A stretch of DNA of 59,645 nt from Octopus bimaculoides. Taxonomy: Eukaryota. Shown here one piece after another: positions 25,808 through 38,640 of the stretch. The notes under the pieces are model-generated. The model was not told the origin of the DNA and did not search any database. It saw nothing but the letters and a program-made list of their open reading frames with translations. The DNA lies in the NCBI RefSeq assembly GCF_001194135.2, contig NC_068998.1, positions 37,716,889 to 37,776,533 on the forward strand, in the 5' to 3' direction. The position numbers and the translations under genes are program-made. Each line of letters starts with the position of its first letter. Position 1 is the first letter of the stretch.

Positions 25808-26011
25808 TGTTTGTGTGTCTGTGTTTGTCCCCCAGCATCGCTTGACAACCGATGCTGGTGTGTTTACGTCACCGTAACTTAGCGGTTCGGCAAAAGAGAC
25901 CGATAGAATAAGTACTAGGCTTACAAAGAATAAGTCCTGGGGTCGATTTGTTCGACTAAAGGCGGTGCTCTAGCATGGCCAGAGTCAAATGACTGAAACA
26001 AGTAAAAGAGT
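25808..26011 (+). mobile_element. 3' module of a family-F SINE (head probably inside the preceding N gap)
   Basis: GTCCCCCAGCATCGCTTGACAACCG...AACTTAGCGGTTCGGCAAAAGAG...GACTGAAACAAGTAAAAGAG; matches the reverse complement of 58556-58760. Confidence 0.88.
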
Positions 26012-26038
26012 ATGTATAAAGCCAAACCGATTCTGCTC

Positions 26039-26250
26039 CTTTTTACTTGTTTCAGTCACTGAAGTCTGGCCATGCTGGGGCACCGCATTGAATGGTTAAG
26101 TCGATCAAACCAATCCCAGTACTTGACGTATTTCATTGAGATACTTATTATATCTGACTCTTTTGCCGAACCGCTAAGTTAATTAGCTACAAAATTTAAA
26201 CAAATCAATACCGATTGTCAAGCGGTGAGGATGAAAAACACATAGACATG
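26039..26250 (-). mobile_element. Older 3' module of a family-F SINE, tail-to-tail with the previous copy
   Basis: TTACTTGTTTCAGTCA...GGCCATGCTGGGGCACCG...TTTTGCCGAACCGCTAAGTT. Confidence 0.82.
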
Positions 26251-27588
26251 CAGAAACACATAGACATGCAGAAACACATAGACACACACATGCACGCACA
26301 CACGTATACTTATTCAAATTCACCCATTTCATAATACTAAGGAAACCTACCTATCGTTTATATCAATGTTTACTTCGATCCGTAGATTGAAGTGCACTTA
26401 TTGACTTATACATAGTAAAGGCCTACACAATATACAGGTCATTGTGTAGGGCGCTTCTAAAAGAGATAAATTTGTTTTATTGAACTTCTTTATTATTCAT
26501 CAATTGGTTAACTATTTAAACAATTAACTAATCGATTGTTCGTTTAATCATTCGGTCAATCAATCAATCAATCATTTATGCATGTCAAAGTTCTTTCGTC
26601 GCCACTCGCAACTTCTTCAACGACGCCATACTCTTTCTTATTGTACAATGTAAACTGCAATGCGGATTAGTCATCTTTGATGGAATTTAAGCTACCGTTA
26701 GATCGTTTAAAATGAGAGTTCGTTACTATCACAACTACTGACAGTGAAATATTTACACCCACATTGAATACTTTTCCCCTCTTTCTTTCTTTCTATCAAA
26801 AATAGGTCCTAAACAGATTCTAAGTATGGTGTGATGACGGTTTCTGCTTTCTTTATTCTGGATAGTTTTATTGTTTTATTTTTGTAGAGTCTGACCAGTC
26901 ATGTTTTGTTTGTTTTGTGTTATTTTGTTATCTTTAAATGTGAACTTGAATAAATTAGGTGAAACTCGTTGACAGAAACATTTTTTCCTCTGGAGATAAT
27001 CTGACATCAAATAGAAAAAGCGGACCAGCTATATGGCTGAAACCTGAACAAATGGTTATAAACTCCACATATAAGATATTCTATAATGCCATCTATGAAT
27101 CGTGTTTAATGTAAATACATCGTTGAAAGGCAAGTTCCTGCAATATTCTTTCATAGTTAACATCTCTTATAGAAGTGTTATAGTTAAGAACACAACTTAG
27201 AGCTGAAAAACGTCCTAGCAGGGCTTGTGCGAATGCTGAATGCATTTCGGCTAAGGTATGTATACTGTGAGTATACGCCAAATCACGTCTAGACATGTAT
27301 ATCCAAATACCTAGAGGAGTTTTGTCGCCTCTGGGGTTAAGAAGCAGTGAATTCACTAGTACTGCGAAAAACCGCCCTCTATTACTCCGTGGTGTTATTG
27401 TTTGGCGAATAGCGCTCGAACGGCACATTTGAAACTTATACTACAAATAAAACGGTCAATAACATTCTGGTTTAACGTACTAGTTTAGTCTGTTGTCGCC
27501 ACTTGTAAAGTGGACAGAATACAAGCAACATATAAACGCCTAGAGCTGCATTTTAAATATTTTATTCTTTGTCTTATAGTAGAAAGCC

Positions 27589-29804
27589 ATGCCGGAAGTT
27601 AATGAGAAGAAACAGAGGAGAACGACATTAATATTTTGCGATAAACTAAATATCGTTAAGAAATTAGAAACAGCCATGAGTTGAAGTATGCTAATGATAG
27701 AAATAGCTGCGGTTCGTTGAATTTATTAGACATTAAGAACTTAAACGCTTTTAGATTTTGCAGAGTGGTTTTAGTTGAACAATAAAATAAGAAAAATCTG
27801 CATAAACTGAAATGTGAAAATTTAGATGCAATACAGTACAAGTAGTTTTGTTATGATGACTAGAGGGTGAGGGTACTTGGGCCAGTGTTATTAGGCAAAA
27901 GTGAATATTTTAAAGCGAAGATGAATTTGGAGACCTCTATTGTCTTCTCGAATGGTTGGTTGAGCACATTTAAGATGCGTTGTAAAATAAGAAACGTTGA
28001 CAATCCTTGAAAATATTTTAGACATAGATACAAAGAAGCATGTATAATTGTACAGGGCAGTCTCTAAAGAATTTGTCAAGCAGCATAATCTTATGGTTGT
28101 TCAAATATGCAACATCGATGAAACTGACCTTTAGGGAAAATATTTACCGGCGCAAATATTGGTTTCAAATTTTGACACAAGGCCAATGATATCGGGGGAG
28201 GGAGTAAGTCGATTACATCGACCCCAGTGTTCGATTGGTATTTATTTTATCGACTCCGAAAGGATGAAAGGCAAAACTGACCTCGGTGGAATTTGAACTC
28301 AGAACGTAAACACGGACGAAATGTCGCTGAGCATTTCGTCCGTTGCGTTAAAGATTCGGCCAACTCGCTGCCTTAAACCAGCGCAGATATCATCCAAAAG
28401 TTCCAATGACGCAAATGTTAGGTTTTTTGTTTTTCCAAACAAAATAAAGACCGAGTGTCAGTTCTTATTCACAGAAACAGATTTAACCAACACAGAATCA
28501 AACTTTTAGGAATTGGTAACTTGCATCGTCTGAAAACTTTGAAGGGAATAATACAATAATGCTATTCCGGTCATTTTAAGCCTCATAATTAATAGAGTCT
28601 TCTTATATTTTACCTCGAATGAGTGCGCACAGTTTCAGCTTGATGGTTATAGTGGCCATCCTCGATAAATGGAGGGTCTTTCACCATGAATCTAAATTAG
28701 ATTGTGGAAATAGTTAGTTGACTGTTATTTTCCACCCACTGTTATTGGTGTCATACAACTAAAGGACCAGAATTTCGAATGTCACTATAAAAATAATTTC
28801 ATGAAACAATTATCATTTCTATGTGACTTTCAGAGCGAATTTACAATTAACCATTTCTCTGTGCAAAGCATTTTTAGAAGTTTGTCTTAGACGTCCATAC
28901 TTGTTTTCAAACTTTTGTTAATCGTTGTTCCATACGTCCTCAGTAATACAAATCCTTCCTTCCATGAGTCACTAGTTACTATGGTGACTAAAAAAAATAG
29001 AATGTGTATAATATAGAATACATGGACGCCAGAGAAATAAGTCCTTATTACGTGGTGTGATACATAGGAATGACAAAGGGTCAAGGATACGTTCTTCGCA
29101 TCTGTTATTGCATGAATTTCTAATTAGAGCCGGGCGAAATTTTGTACTAATTTACTTCTGATTACGAAAATGAAAAGGATTTTCATGAGTTTAATGTTAG
29201 GTAAGACACACGCGATAAAATTAGGTAAATACCATAAACAGAGCCTATGCATAAAAGATTTATTTGTTTACGAGGATAAAAATATTGACGGGATTGCAGT
29301 TGACAGTGATATGTAATTAATCCCCAAGATTTATCATCTCTTTTCATTATTACTAGTATGATTAATCTCAGAAATTTATTCCAAGAAAGATGGTGATGGA
29401 AACGAAACAATTAAAGAAATGTGTATCGAGATCTAAAGAGAAATCACATTTTGATACAATTCTGTTTTATTTTGAAGCATGTATAAAGAAGCATGTTCAC
29501 AGAGCAGTGAGCAGCAGTGAAGATGGCATTTTGATACCCGGTGCGGATCATTATAATACAAGCAACTCTTTTCCAATATTCAGATGGCTTTAATTCCTCC
29601 CAGTCAGCTAATTTTATCTCACCTATACCTTTATGCTCTCCAACGCCGTTGACTATTCACCAATACATCAAGCCGTTCCCGAAAATAAAAACGGAAAAAC
29701 AAATCGTCAAATCGTCGAACACCGTAAACTACAACAATCACTACAAATATGATGTCTTTGAAACAAAAGCAACATTAGAAAATTCTTTTAAAACAAACCA
29801 TTGA
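27589..29804 (+). mobile_element. Degenerate pogo/Tigger (CENP-B-like, DDE_1) transposase remnant
   Basis: ATG at 27589 gives MPEVNEKKQRRTTLIFCDKLNIVKKLE (psq-type HTH), then ENLDAIQYK*F, FSNGWLSTFKMRCKIR (CENP-B HTH), NIDETDL (28111), KDRVSVL and C-terminal KATLENSF. Many stops and frameshifts; outer boundaries uncertain (~27455-30245). Confidence 0.82.
28163..28374 (-). mobile_element. Family-C SINE inserted into the pogo/Tigger ORF
   Basis: Full family-C sequence; degenerate TSD CCGGCGCAAATAT (28147-28159) / CCAGCGCAGATAT (28378-28390). Confidence 0.88.
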
Positions 29805-31244
29805 AGAAAGTGCATCTGCAGATCAATCACTCGTGTAAAGGGAATTTAATGTAGCTTTATGAATATTTTTTAATGAAAAACAAATGTTTTTATTTTATCT
29901 TTTATTTGAAAATGTTCTTTTAACTTTAAAAACTTTCGTTGGCTTATTTCTTTACTGTGAAATTACCATATAATATGTATGTATTCTTTAATATTCGTAA
30001 TGTATGATACAGAATTTTTTCTTTTGCATTTTAAAAGTAATGTTTCTTTTTATTCTTAAAATAATTTGTTTTGTTTCTTATGTTGTTTACTGTGCTTTAG
30101 TGGCTAATATAATGGTATTCATGAAACTTTATTTCTTATTTAGTGACCCCGCTTTTATTTACGCAATAAATAAATTAAAATGACTTTCTCAACAACGAGA
30201 GATTCTCAACAACAGAATCTCAAACCACAGAAGTTATTGACATTCGGCAACGAAACCATCTATGTACATACACGTGTGTGTGTNNNNNNNNNNNNNNNNN
30301 NNNNNNNNNNNNNNNNNNNNNNNNNNNNNNNNNNNNNNNNNNNNNNNNNNNNNNNNNNNNNNNNNNNNNNNNNNNNNNNNNNNNNNNNNNNNNNNNNNNN
30401 NNNNNNNNNNNNNNNNNNNNNNNNNNNNNNNNNNNNNNNNNNNNNNNNNNNNNNNNNNNNNNNNNNNNNNNNNNNNNNNNNNNNNNNNNNNNNNNNNNNN
30501 NNNNNNNNNNNNNNNNNNNNNNNNNNNNNNNNNNNNNNNNNNNNNNNNNNNNNNNNNNNNNNNNNNNNNNNNNNNNNNNNNNNNNNNNNNNNNNNNNNNN
30601 NNNNNNNNNNNNNNNNNNNNNNNNNNNNNNNNNNNNNNNNNNNNNNNNNNNNNNNNNNNNNNNNNNNNNNNNNNNNNNNNNNNNNNNNNNNNNNNNNNNN
30701 NNNNNNNNNNNNNNNNNNNNNNNNNNNNNNNNNNNNNNNNNNNNNNNNNNNNNNNNNNNNNNNNNNNNNNNNNNNNNNNNNNNNNNNNNNNNNNNNNNNN
30801 NNNNNNNNNNNNNNNNNNNNNNNNNNNNNNNNNNNNNNNNNNNNNNNNNNNNNNNNNNNNNNNNNNNNNNNNNNNNNNNNNNNNNNNNNNNNNNNNNNNN
30901 NNNNNNNNNNNNNNNNNNNNNNNNNNNNNNNNNNNNNNNNNNNNNNNNNNNNNNNNNNNNNNNNNNNNNNNNNNNNNNNNNNNNNNNNNNNNNNNNNNNN
31001 NNNNNNNNNNNNNNNNNNNNNNNNNNNNNNNNNNNNNNNNNNNNNNNNNNNNNNNNNNNNNNNNNNNNNNNNNNNNNNNNNNNNNNNNNNNNNNNNNNNN
31101 NNNNNNNNNNNNNNNNNNNNNNNNNNNNNNNNNNNNNNNNNNNNNNNNNNNNNNNNNNNNNNNNNNNNNNNNNNNNNNNNNNNNNNNNNNNNNNNNNNNN
31201 NNNNNNNNNNNNNNNNNNNNNNNNNNNNNNNNNNNNNNNNNNNN

Positions 31245-31278
<34 letters not shown>

Positions 31279-31559
31279 GGTGTGTGTATAGATATCTAAG
31301 TATATATGTAACTGACAAAGCTGGAGCCAACAAGAAGGGGTACAGCTGGACATATATTTGCAATCACTACAATTGTTTCTATGCAACGTAGTTCTCCAGT
31401 CTTGCAGGTACTTGGTTATGCAACCGTTTCCTTGCATTGAGATTTAGTTGTGCTTCCTCAGGCGATATATGAATCATGTCTACGTAAGTTCAAATTCTCG
31501 GCTTCAAGAGCATCCTATCTGTCTGTATAAAAGCAGGTAGTAATTTTATCTTGAAATTA

Positions 31560-32660
31560 TTCTTAGTACAAGTTTTGAGGAGTGCAGTTCGATTTTAACA
31601 GATATTTTTTCAAAGCTATAATAGAAGTGGCAAAGGAGCATATTCAGTATATTTTCCTTTATGAGCTCAATAAAGGCAACAACGCAACGGAAGGTGCGAG
31701 GAATATTAATGCAGTATAAGGGGATTGGACAATAAGCGTAAGCCAGTGTCAACGGAGGCTCCAAAAATTCCGGACCAGAAACTACAGCCTCAAAGACGAG
31801 CCTCGTCCTGAAAGATCTGTAGAACGTCTACAAAGCCTGGTGGAACAAAATTCCATCGTAACTATTGAGGAAATAGCAGAGAAGCTTGGATTTGGTCATT
31901 CAACCATTCATCGACACCTGCATGCTTTCAGAAAAGTCAGCAAATTGGGTCTAATCGCACGCAGAGAGTGGATGTGTGCTCTTCTTTGCATTCACGTCTC
32001 ACGAATGAACCCTTTTTATTTATTTTTTTTTCTTTGGACGGAATAGTGACTGGTGATGAGAAATGGGTTCTCTATAAAGTGCCGAAAACAGTGGGTAGAG
32101 AAAGGAGAAACACCAGCACCCCAAGCTAAAGAAAGTCTTCACCCACGTAAGATGTTGCTATGTGTTTGGTGGGATGTGAAAGGTTTAGTCCACTTTGAAC
32201 TTTTGTACCCAAACCAAACGACAACAAAGGAAATCTACTGCGAACAGCTTGAGTGGCTTAAGTCAGCACTAGAAGGAAAACGACCATCTATGATTTCAAA
32301 ACGAAAAGTGTTCTTCCATTGGGATAATGCTCGGCCACATAGATCGAGGATGACATTCCAAAAGCTGAAGCAGTTTGAATGGGAAACAATGCCTCACCCA
32401 TCATATTCGCCGGATATTGCCCCATCTGATTATCATTTATTCCGCAGTCTTCAAAATCATTTGGACGGAAAAAATATGAACTCTGTAGATGATGTTAGAA
32501 CAGTACAGAAGGAGTATTTTTCGTCAGGGGCTTGCAAGTCTACCAGATAGATGGAAAAGCATTGCGGAAAATGAAGGAGAGTTTATTTTAGATTAAAAAG
32601 AGAACTTTGTTGAAAAATAAAAAAAGGTAGAAGAAAACCGCATTATTTATGGGATGACCC
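31560..32660 (+). mobile_element. Second mariner (DD34D) element, left TIR missing, transposase pseudogenised (~31621-32596)
   Basis: KEHIQYIFLYELNKG, IVTGDEKWVLY, KMLLCVWWD, WDNARPH and HPSYSPDIAPSDYHLFRSLQNHL with D-34-D spacing. Probable right TIR GAAAACCGCATTATTTATGGGATGACCC runs into the N gap; no inverted match found upstream. Confidence 0.9.
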
Positions 32661-32719
32661 NNNNNNNNNNNNNNNNNNNNNNNNNNNNNNNNNNNNNNNN
32701 NNNNNNNNNNNNNNNNNNN

Positions 32720-32769
<50 letters not shown>

Positions 32770-32865
32770 CATACACACACATATATGCATATACATCTAT
32801 ATATACATAAATACATGTTTACATATATACTTGTATATATAAATATATATTTATAATATAAGTAC

Positions 32866-32913
<48 letters not shown>

Positions 32914-33539
32914 TTGTGTTCATGCTGTCTGTATATGTGTTTATACGTATGGATGTATACATGAGAAATATTCCACCCGTACGTAACTCACTTCATGCAT
33001 GCACTTCTCGTTGCTAGGCAATTTCTTGCTAAATGCTAACATCACAACGACCTACAGTTTCTCCCAGGCAATTAAAAACTTATAAAAGAAGAGTGGGTTA
33101 TAACAAGATGTGGTGTTCATGCCTTTCCCAATGGGACTGGAGAACTATATCTGAGTCAAGTGGTTGATAACAAAGAGCCGAATGCAGACATGCCGTACAG
33201 CTTTGATGCTGGAAACATTTTTAAGGTTTTGCTTGCTTGTTGTTACTGGTGTTGTTGGTGTCGTTATTGTGAGTGGGGTGGGGTGGGGTGGGGTTGGATG
33301 GTGTGCGCGCGTGTGTGTGTGTGTNNNNNNNNNNTGAGTGGGGTGGGGTGGGGTGGGGTTGGATGGTGTGCGCGCGTGTGTGTGTGTGTGTGTTTGATTA
33401 TGCGTATGACAGTAGAAGCGGTATAAAATATGAAACAAATAACCACCAGGAAACATAAGTACATGGATAATGAAATAGAAAACAAGGGAAAGAATAAAAG
33501 CACATTAGGCTGGAGGAGGAGAAGGAGCAGGATTATAAG

Positions 33540-33632
33540 GAGTGGAGGAAGAGATGAGGAAGAAAAGGAGAAGGAAGAAGAGGAGAAGGAAGAAGAGGAG
33601 AAGGAAGAAGAGGAGAAGGAAGAAGAAGAGGA

Positions 33633-33668
<36 letters not shown>

Positions 33669-33775
33669 GGGTGGAAGAAGAAGAAGAAGAAGAAGAAGAA
33701 GAAGAAGAAGAAGAAGAAGAAGAAGAAGAAGAAGAAGAAGAAGAAGAAGAAGAAGAAGAAGAAGAAGAAGAAGGT
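33540..33775. repeat. (GAA)/(GAG)/(TAG) compound repeat
   Basis: Visible runs. Confidence 0.95.
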
Positions 33776-34280
33776 AATAGTGGATTCTAATATAGGTAGA
33801 GTATCACAGATTTTAGGTGCATAACTACAAAACTGCTTTTCATATCATTGAGACTCCGGGAGAATCAAGGCAAGCAGAAGAGTTTAAATATAGGAAATAA
33901 GGAAACTGGCTGAAGTGTAAGTGGAGGAAAAAGACTATGTGGGATAGAGAAGATAAAGGACTTCTTTGGTGTCGGGTCTCTAAATCACATGACGTTTTTT
34001 TCTGGGACGCGCTGTACAATGAAGGAGATAAGCCGTCTCCAAACGAGAACTGGAATGGGGTCTTAGGATCACGACCACAACAGCATATGTTCTATTGATT
34101 TGTTACACGTTCTAATGTAACGTGAGGGAAATGTTACCAATGTAAAAGAACTAATATGGAGACCATCACTAATTTGAGCGTGTTGGTGAAGTCAGCGAAT
34201 GTAAGTTGACTTGGATGAACGTCGACAACGAAGAAAGGAATATCAGAAGGCAAATGTATAATGAAACATTGTTATTTATT

Positions 34281-34646
34281 GTGTGGAGGCACAATGGCCC
34301 AGTGGTTAGGGCAGCGGACTCGCGGTCATGATTCCCAGACCGGGCGTTGTGAATGTTTATTGAGCAAGAACACCTAAAGCTCCACGTGGCTCCAGCAGGG
34401 GGTGGTGGCGAACCCTGCTGTGCTCTTTCACCACAACTTTCTCTCACTTTTACTTCCTGTTTCTGTTGTGCCTGTAATTCAAAGGGTCAGCCTTGTCGCA
34501 CTGTGTCACGCTGAATATCCCCGAGAACTACATTAAGGGTACACGTGTCTGTGAAGTGCTCAGTCACTTGCACGTTAATTTCACGAGCTGGCTGTTCCGT
34601 TGATCGGATCAACTGGAACCCTCGTCGTCATAAGCGACGGAGTGCC
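34281..34646 (+). mobile_element. tRNA-derived SINE, family A (small deletion before the B box)
   Basis: Aligns end to end with 4553-4936. Confidence 0.92.
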
Positions 34647-35823
34647 GTGGCCTGAATGTATATGTGTGAATCAGGGAAGCCATAACTTACGGTTAAATGA
34701 ATGCTTATAAACTGATATAAACTGGCAGGCTGAGTTAGTATGAATTGGCTGTAGAAAGAAAATAGGAGTTAGCAGGGAAGTCAATGAATTCTGTACGATA
34801 TCGAAGGTTCGGGAGGTGATAAGTCGAGACGTTATAACTCCAGGTAAAATCCTTTCATGTTCCAAAGGAGAGATATTACAGTTGTGTCAATTGTTCGTCA
34901 ACTAACTAAAAACAGGCAGGTCCCATCCATGGTGAATGATATTACTGATCGTGGCGAGCTAAATGTAAACCAATAGTTCGAAGTTGGTAAACATACCAGA
35001 AGCTGTACATTATGAAAAAGTGTGATGACTGTCTCGTATCTTCCTGCTCACTGTAAGCTAACTATTGAAAAAGGGCGCAGAATACTGCTGGAGTGAAGCT
35101 GCTGTTTGTATTAATCCGCAGCCCGCTTTAATTGCCTACAGTTCTCGTAGCACAATTGTGCTAATACGTGACAACCAAATATGGCTTCTCTGTTCACTAC
35201 AGGTTTATTTTATGTTAGCAATAATTAAATATCTTCCAGTCATGAACGTCCTATATTTTTGTATATTCGAGATGGTGCCACCAATCAAATCTTTAACCGT
35301 TTACGGCTTCTAAGCAACATTATTACTAAAGGCTTAAGAAAATCGGATAAACCAATTTGCATTTATAACGCATTTTTGGCAGCTAGTTTGAGTAATAAAC
35401 GTCTGGTATACTGGCAGTATGTTATTACAATGCTGAAACACTGCAGTGCAACATTCGTCTTCCCTTTCCTCTCACACTTGCCCCTTCCATATTTCTCTCA
35501 TTTCTACTCTTTCCTCTCACATGCAAACGATTACATCATTCTCCCAACATACTTGCAGACTTGCACATCGTCACGCACCAACATACCACAAGAAACCATA
35601 CGTACTCCATACTGCCACACACATCCCCATCTACTGATATCCACCTATATCTGCACACTCCACCCCGCCATGTCTCTCTTCTTAATTTCCCCGAAGAACC
35701 GCATTTCCAAATGGTCCCTAACTTTTTCAGCCACCGAAACGTCAGGACTCTTCTTTTAATGCATTAAACATTTGTTAAATATGCCCGCCCCTTCCGTGTC
35801 GTATTCTTTTTGCATTCATTTGT

Positions 35824-35876
<53 letters not shown>

Positions 35877-36770
35877 ATGTATATATAAATATATGTATAT
35901 ATACATATAGTTGAAATTTATAGAAAAACAAAAGACGAAGNNNNNNNNNNNNNNNNNNNNNNNNNNNNNNNNNNNNNNNNNNNNNNNNNNNNNNNNNNNN
36001 NNNNNNNNNNNNNNNNNNNNNNNNNNNNNNNNNNNNNNNNNNNNNNNNNNNNNNNNNNNNNNNNNNNNNNNNNNNNNNNNNNNNNNNNNNNNNNNNNNNN
36101 NNNNNNNNNNNNNNNNNNNNNNNNNNNNNNNNNNNNNNNNNNNNNNNNNNNNNNNNNNNNNNNNNNNNNNNNNNNNNNNNNNNNNNNNNNNNNNNNNNNN
36201 NNNNNNNNNNNNNNNNNNNNNNNNNNNNNNNNNNNNNNNNNNNNNNNNNNNNNNNNNNNNNNNNNNNNNNNNNNNNNNNNNNNNNNNNNNNNNNNNNNNN
36301 NNNNNNNNNNNNNNNNNNNNNNNNNNNNNNNNNNNNNNNNNNNNNNNNNNNNNNNNNNNNNNNNNNNNNNNNNNNNNNNNNNNNNNNNNNNNNNNNNNNN
36401 NNNNNNNNNNNNNNNNNNNNNNNNNNNNNNNNNNNNNNNNNNNNNNNNNNNNNNNNNNNNNNNNNNNNNNNNNNNNNNNNNNNNNNNNNNNNNNNNNNNN
36501 NNNNNNNNNNNNNNNNNNNNNNNNNNNNNNNNNNNNNNNNNNNNNNNNNNNNNNNNNNNNNNNNNNNNNNNNNNNNNNNNNNNNNNNNNNNNNNNNNNNN
36601 NNNNNNNNNNNNNNNNNNNNNNNNNNNNNNNNNNNNNNNNNNNNNNNNNNNNNNNNNNNNNNNNNNNNNNNNNNNNNNNNNNNNNNNNNNNNNNNNNNNN
36701 NNNNNNNNNNNNNNNNNNNNNNNNNNNNNNNNNNNNNNNNNNNNNNNNNNNNNNNNNNNNNNNNNNNNNN

Positions 36771-36831
<61 letters not shown>

Positions 36832-37062
36832 TCTTTCCCTTCTGTCTATCTATCTATTTATTTATCTATCACCTAACTATCTAACTGTCTGTCTATCTAT
36901 CACCCTATCTATCTATCCTCTCTCTCTTTCTACCTCGCCTTTCTTATTACTTAACTTCCCCTGCCTCTCTTTTTCTCTATCACAGCTTTGTTGTTTTCTT
37001 TTTTTCTTTTTTCAGTTTTTCCCCGGTTCCATTCTCTGAGTGCCTTTGTTTACTATTCTCTT

Positions 37063-37116
<54 letters not shown>

Positions 37117-37870
37117 TCTCTTTCTCTCTCTTCCACTTTCTCTCACGCCCGCGCTCACTCGCTGTCTCTTCTCCCCTTCTCATTCTTTCCTTGTCACTGT
37201 TTCTCTCCGGTCTGTGTCTCTGTGTCTTTCTCGGTCTCCATTCCTCTCTTACGTAACGTCTTACCTCCTCCCTTTTCGTTTTCAATTCTTTATGATTGTC
37301 TTTCTACTTCCGCTTCTTGTTTGTCTCGCTTCCGTCTTTCCCCTTTCCCCTTTCCACCACACCCCAGGTGTCTACCTCTCCCTCCAACTACTCTTTTATC
37401 CAACTCCTTGCTTCAGTCTACAGACCCTCCTGTACTACCAACCTCCCTCTCTCTCAATCTATTACTCTCCTCTGTCACTCCAGCATTTCCCTCCCACCTC
37501 CACTATCACTATCTGTTGAATCTCCCGCTTTGACGTTCTCCTCCCAAGCCACTCTCCTTTGTTTGCTTCCTTTCCCTTCCCATCCACCGTCAGTCTGTCT
37601 TACCTCTTCTTCCTCCTTCACTGTAATTCCATCTTCACTCCCACTATACCCCTTTTCTCCACCGTCAGTCTTTCCTCCCTCCTCTTCTTCACTCCCACCG
37701 CTGTCTGTCTCCATCAACCACGTTCCACTGTATATTCCACTGCACTATTCTATACCTTACCCCCATCACCACCACTTCTAGTATCTTCCACCTCCTACTT
37801 CTAGTATCTTCCACCTCCTACTTCCTCCCACCATCACCAACTCTCCATCACTGCCATTATCACAGTCCTG
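36771..37870. repeat. CT-rich polypyrimidine low-complexity tract
   Basis: (CT)n runs and degenerate C/T-rich sequence; 23-bp tandem duplicate CTTCTAGTATCTTCCACCTCCTA near 37776-37821. Confidence 0.9.
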
Positions 37871-38032
37871 TGATATTTTAGAAACCTTTTATACAGAGGA
37901 AGCTGCATATTATGATCACTTTCGAACGAAGCTTTTCAAACTACAATCGGTTTCTAACATTAAGCGGTTTTCAGAATTCTGCGCCGACTTATTTTGATAA
38001 CAATAACCAGCTGATACGACTAAGTTCAGTAT

Positions 38033-38242
38033 TATCTTTGACTTGCTCCAGGCATTAGACTGTGCTCATGCCGGGGCACCGCCTTGAAGAACATTAGTCA
38101 AATGAATCGACCCCCACTACTTTTTTTAAAGCCTGGTACTTATTCTATCGATATCTTTTGCCGAAGAGCTGTGTTATGGAGACGTAAACACACCAGTATC
38201 TGTTGTCAAGTAGTACTGAGGGACAAACGCAGTGTATGTATG

Positions 38243-38293
<51 letters not shown>

Positions 38294-38475
38294 TCCCCCA
38301 CATCACCACTTGAAAGCCAGTGTTGGCGTGTTTATGTCCCCGTAACTTAGCAGTTCGGCAAAATAGAACTGATTGAATAAGTACCAGGCTTAAAAGATAA
38401 GTACTGCGGTCGGTTTATTCGACTAACAATACACGGCGGTGCCCCAGCATGGCCGCTGACGAATAACTGAAACAG
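38033..38475. mobile_element. Two headless family-F 3' modules in divergent orientation, joined through (GT)n
   Basis: 38033-38240(-), (GT)n ~38245-38290, 38290-38475(+). Confidence 0.82.
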
Positions 38476-38478
38476 CCA

Positions 38479-38640
38479 GTCGTGTGTACATGTATATAGT
38501 TGAAACTTACAGAAAAACAAAAGGCGAAGACAGGTGTATAAACAACAAGCAGGTGTATTAGTTTGACGCTCGGGAAGGTGAGAAAGTCTTTTATGTTTCG
38601 AGCCTAGGCTCTTCAACAGAAAGGAACACGATGAAATAAA
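38479..38640 (-). mobile_element. Short non-autonomous repeat with a degenerate minimal hammerhead motif (Penelope-like pLTR candidate)
   Basis: A second copy starts at ~35905-35940 before an N gap; minus strand 38623-38588 reads CTTT-CTGTTGA-A-GAGC-CTAG-GCTC-GAAAC-ATA-AAAG. Confidence 0.6.

Noticed and set aside
27190-27270. Short open frame LRTQLRAEKRPSRACANAECISAK ending at AAG/GTATGT
   Set aside because: Good donor but weak acceptor, no recognisable protein and no linked exon.
27088-31482. AIYESCL encoded twice (27088-27108 and 31462-31482; 17/21 nt, all differences synonymous); the second lies between a good acceptor and GTAAGT
   Set aside because: No homology beyond 21 nt and different downstream splice phases. 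A 17/21 match is expected many times by chance at this scale. Only RNA-seq junctions at 31462/31483 would rescue it.
33270-33390. Direct duplicate of a GGGGT/(GT) segment around a 10-N gap
   Set aside because: Typical contig-end overlap artefact.
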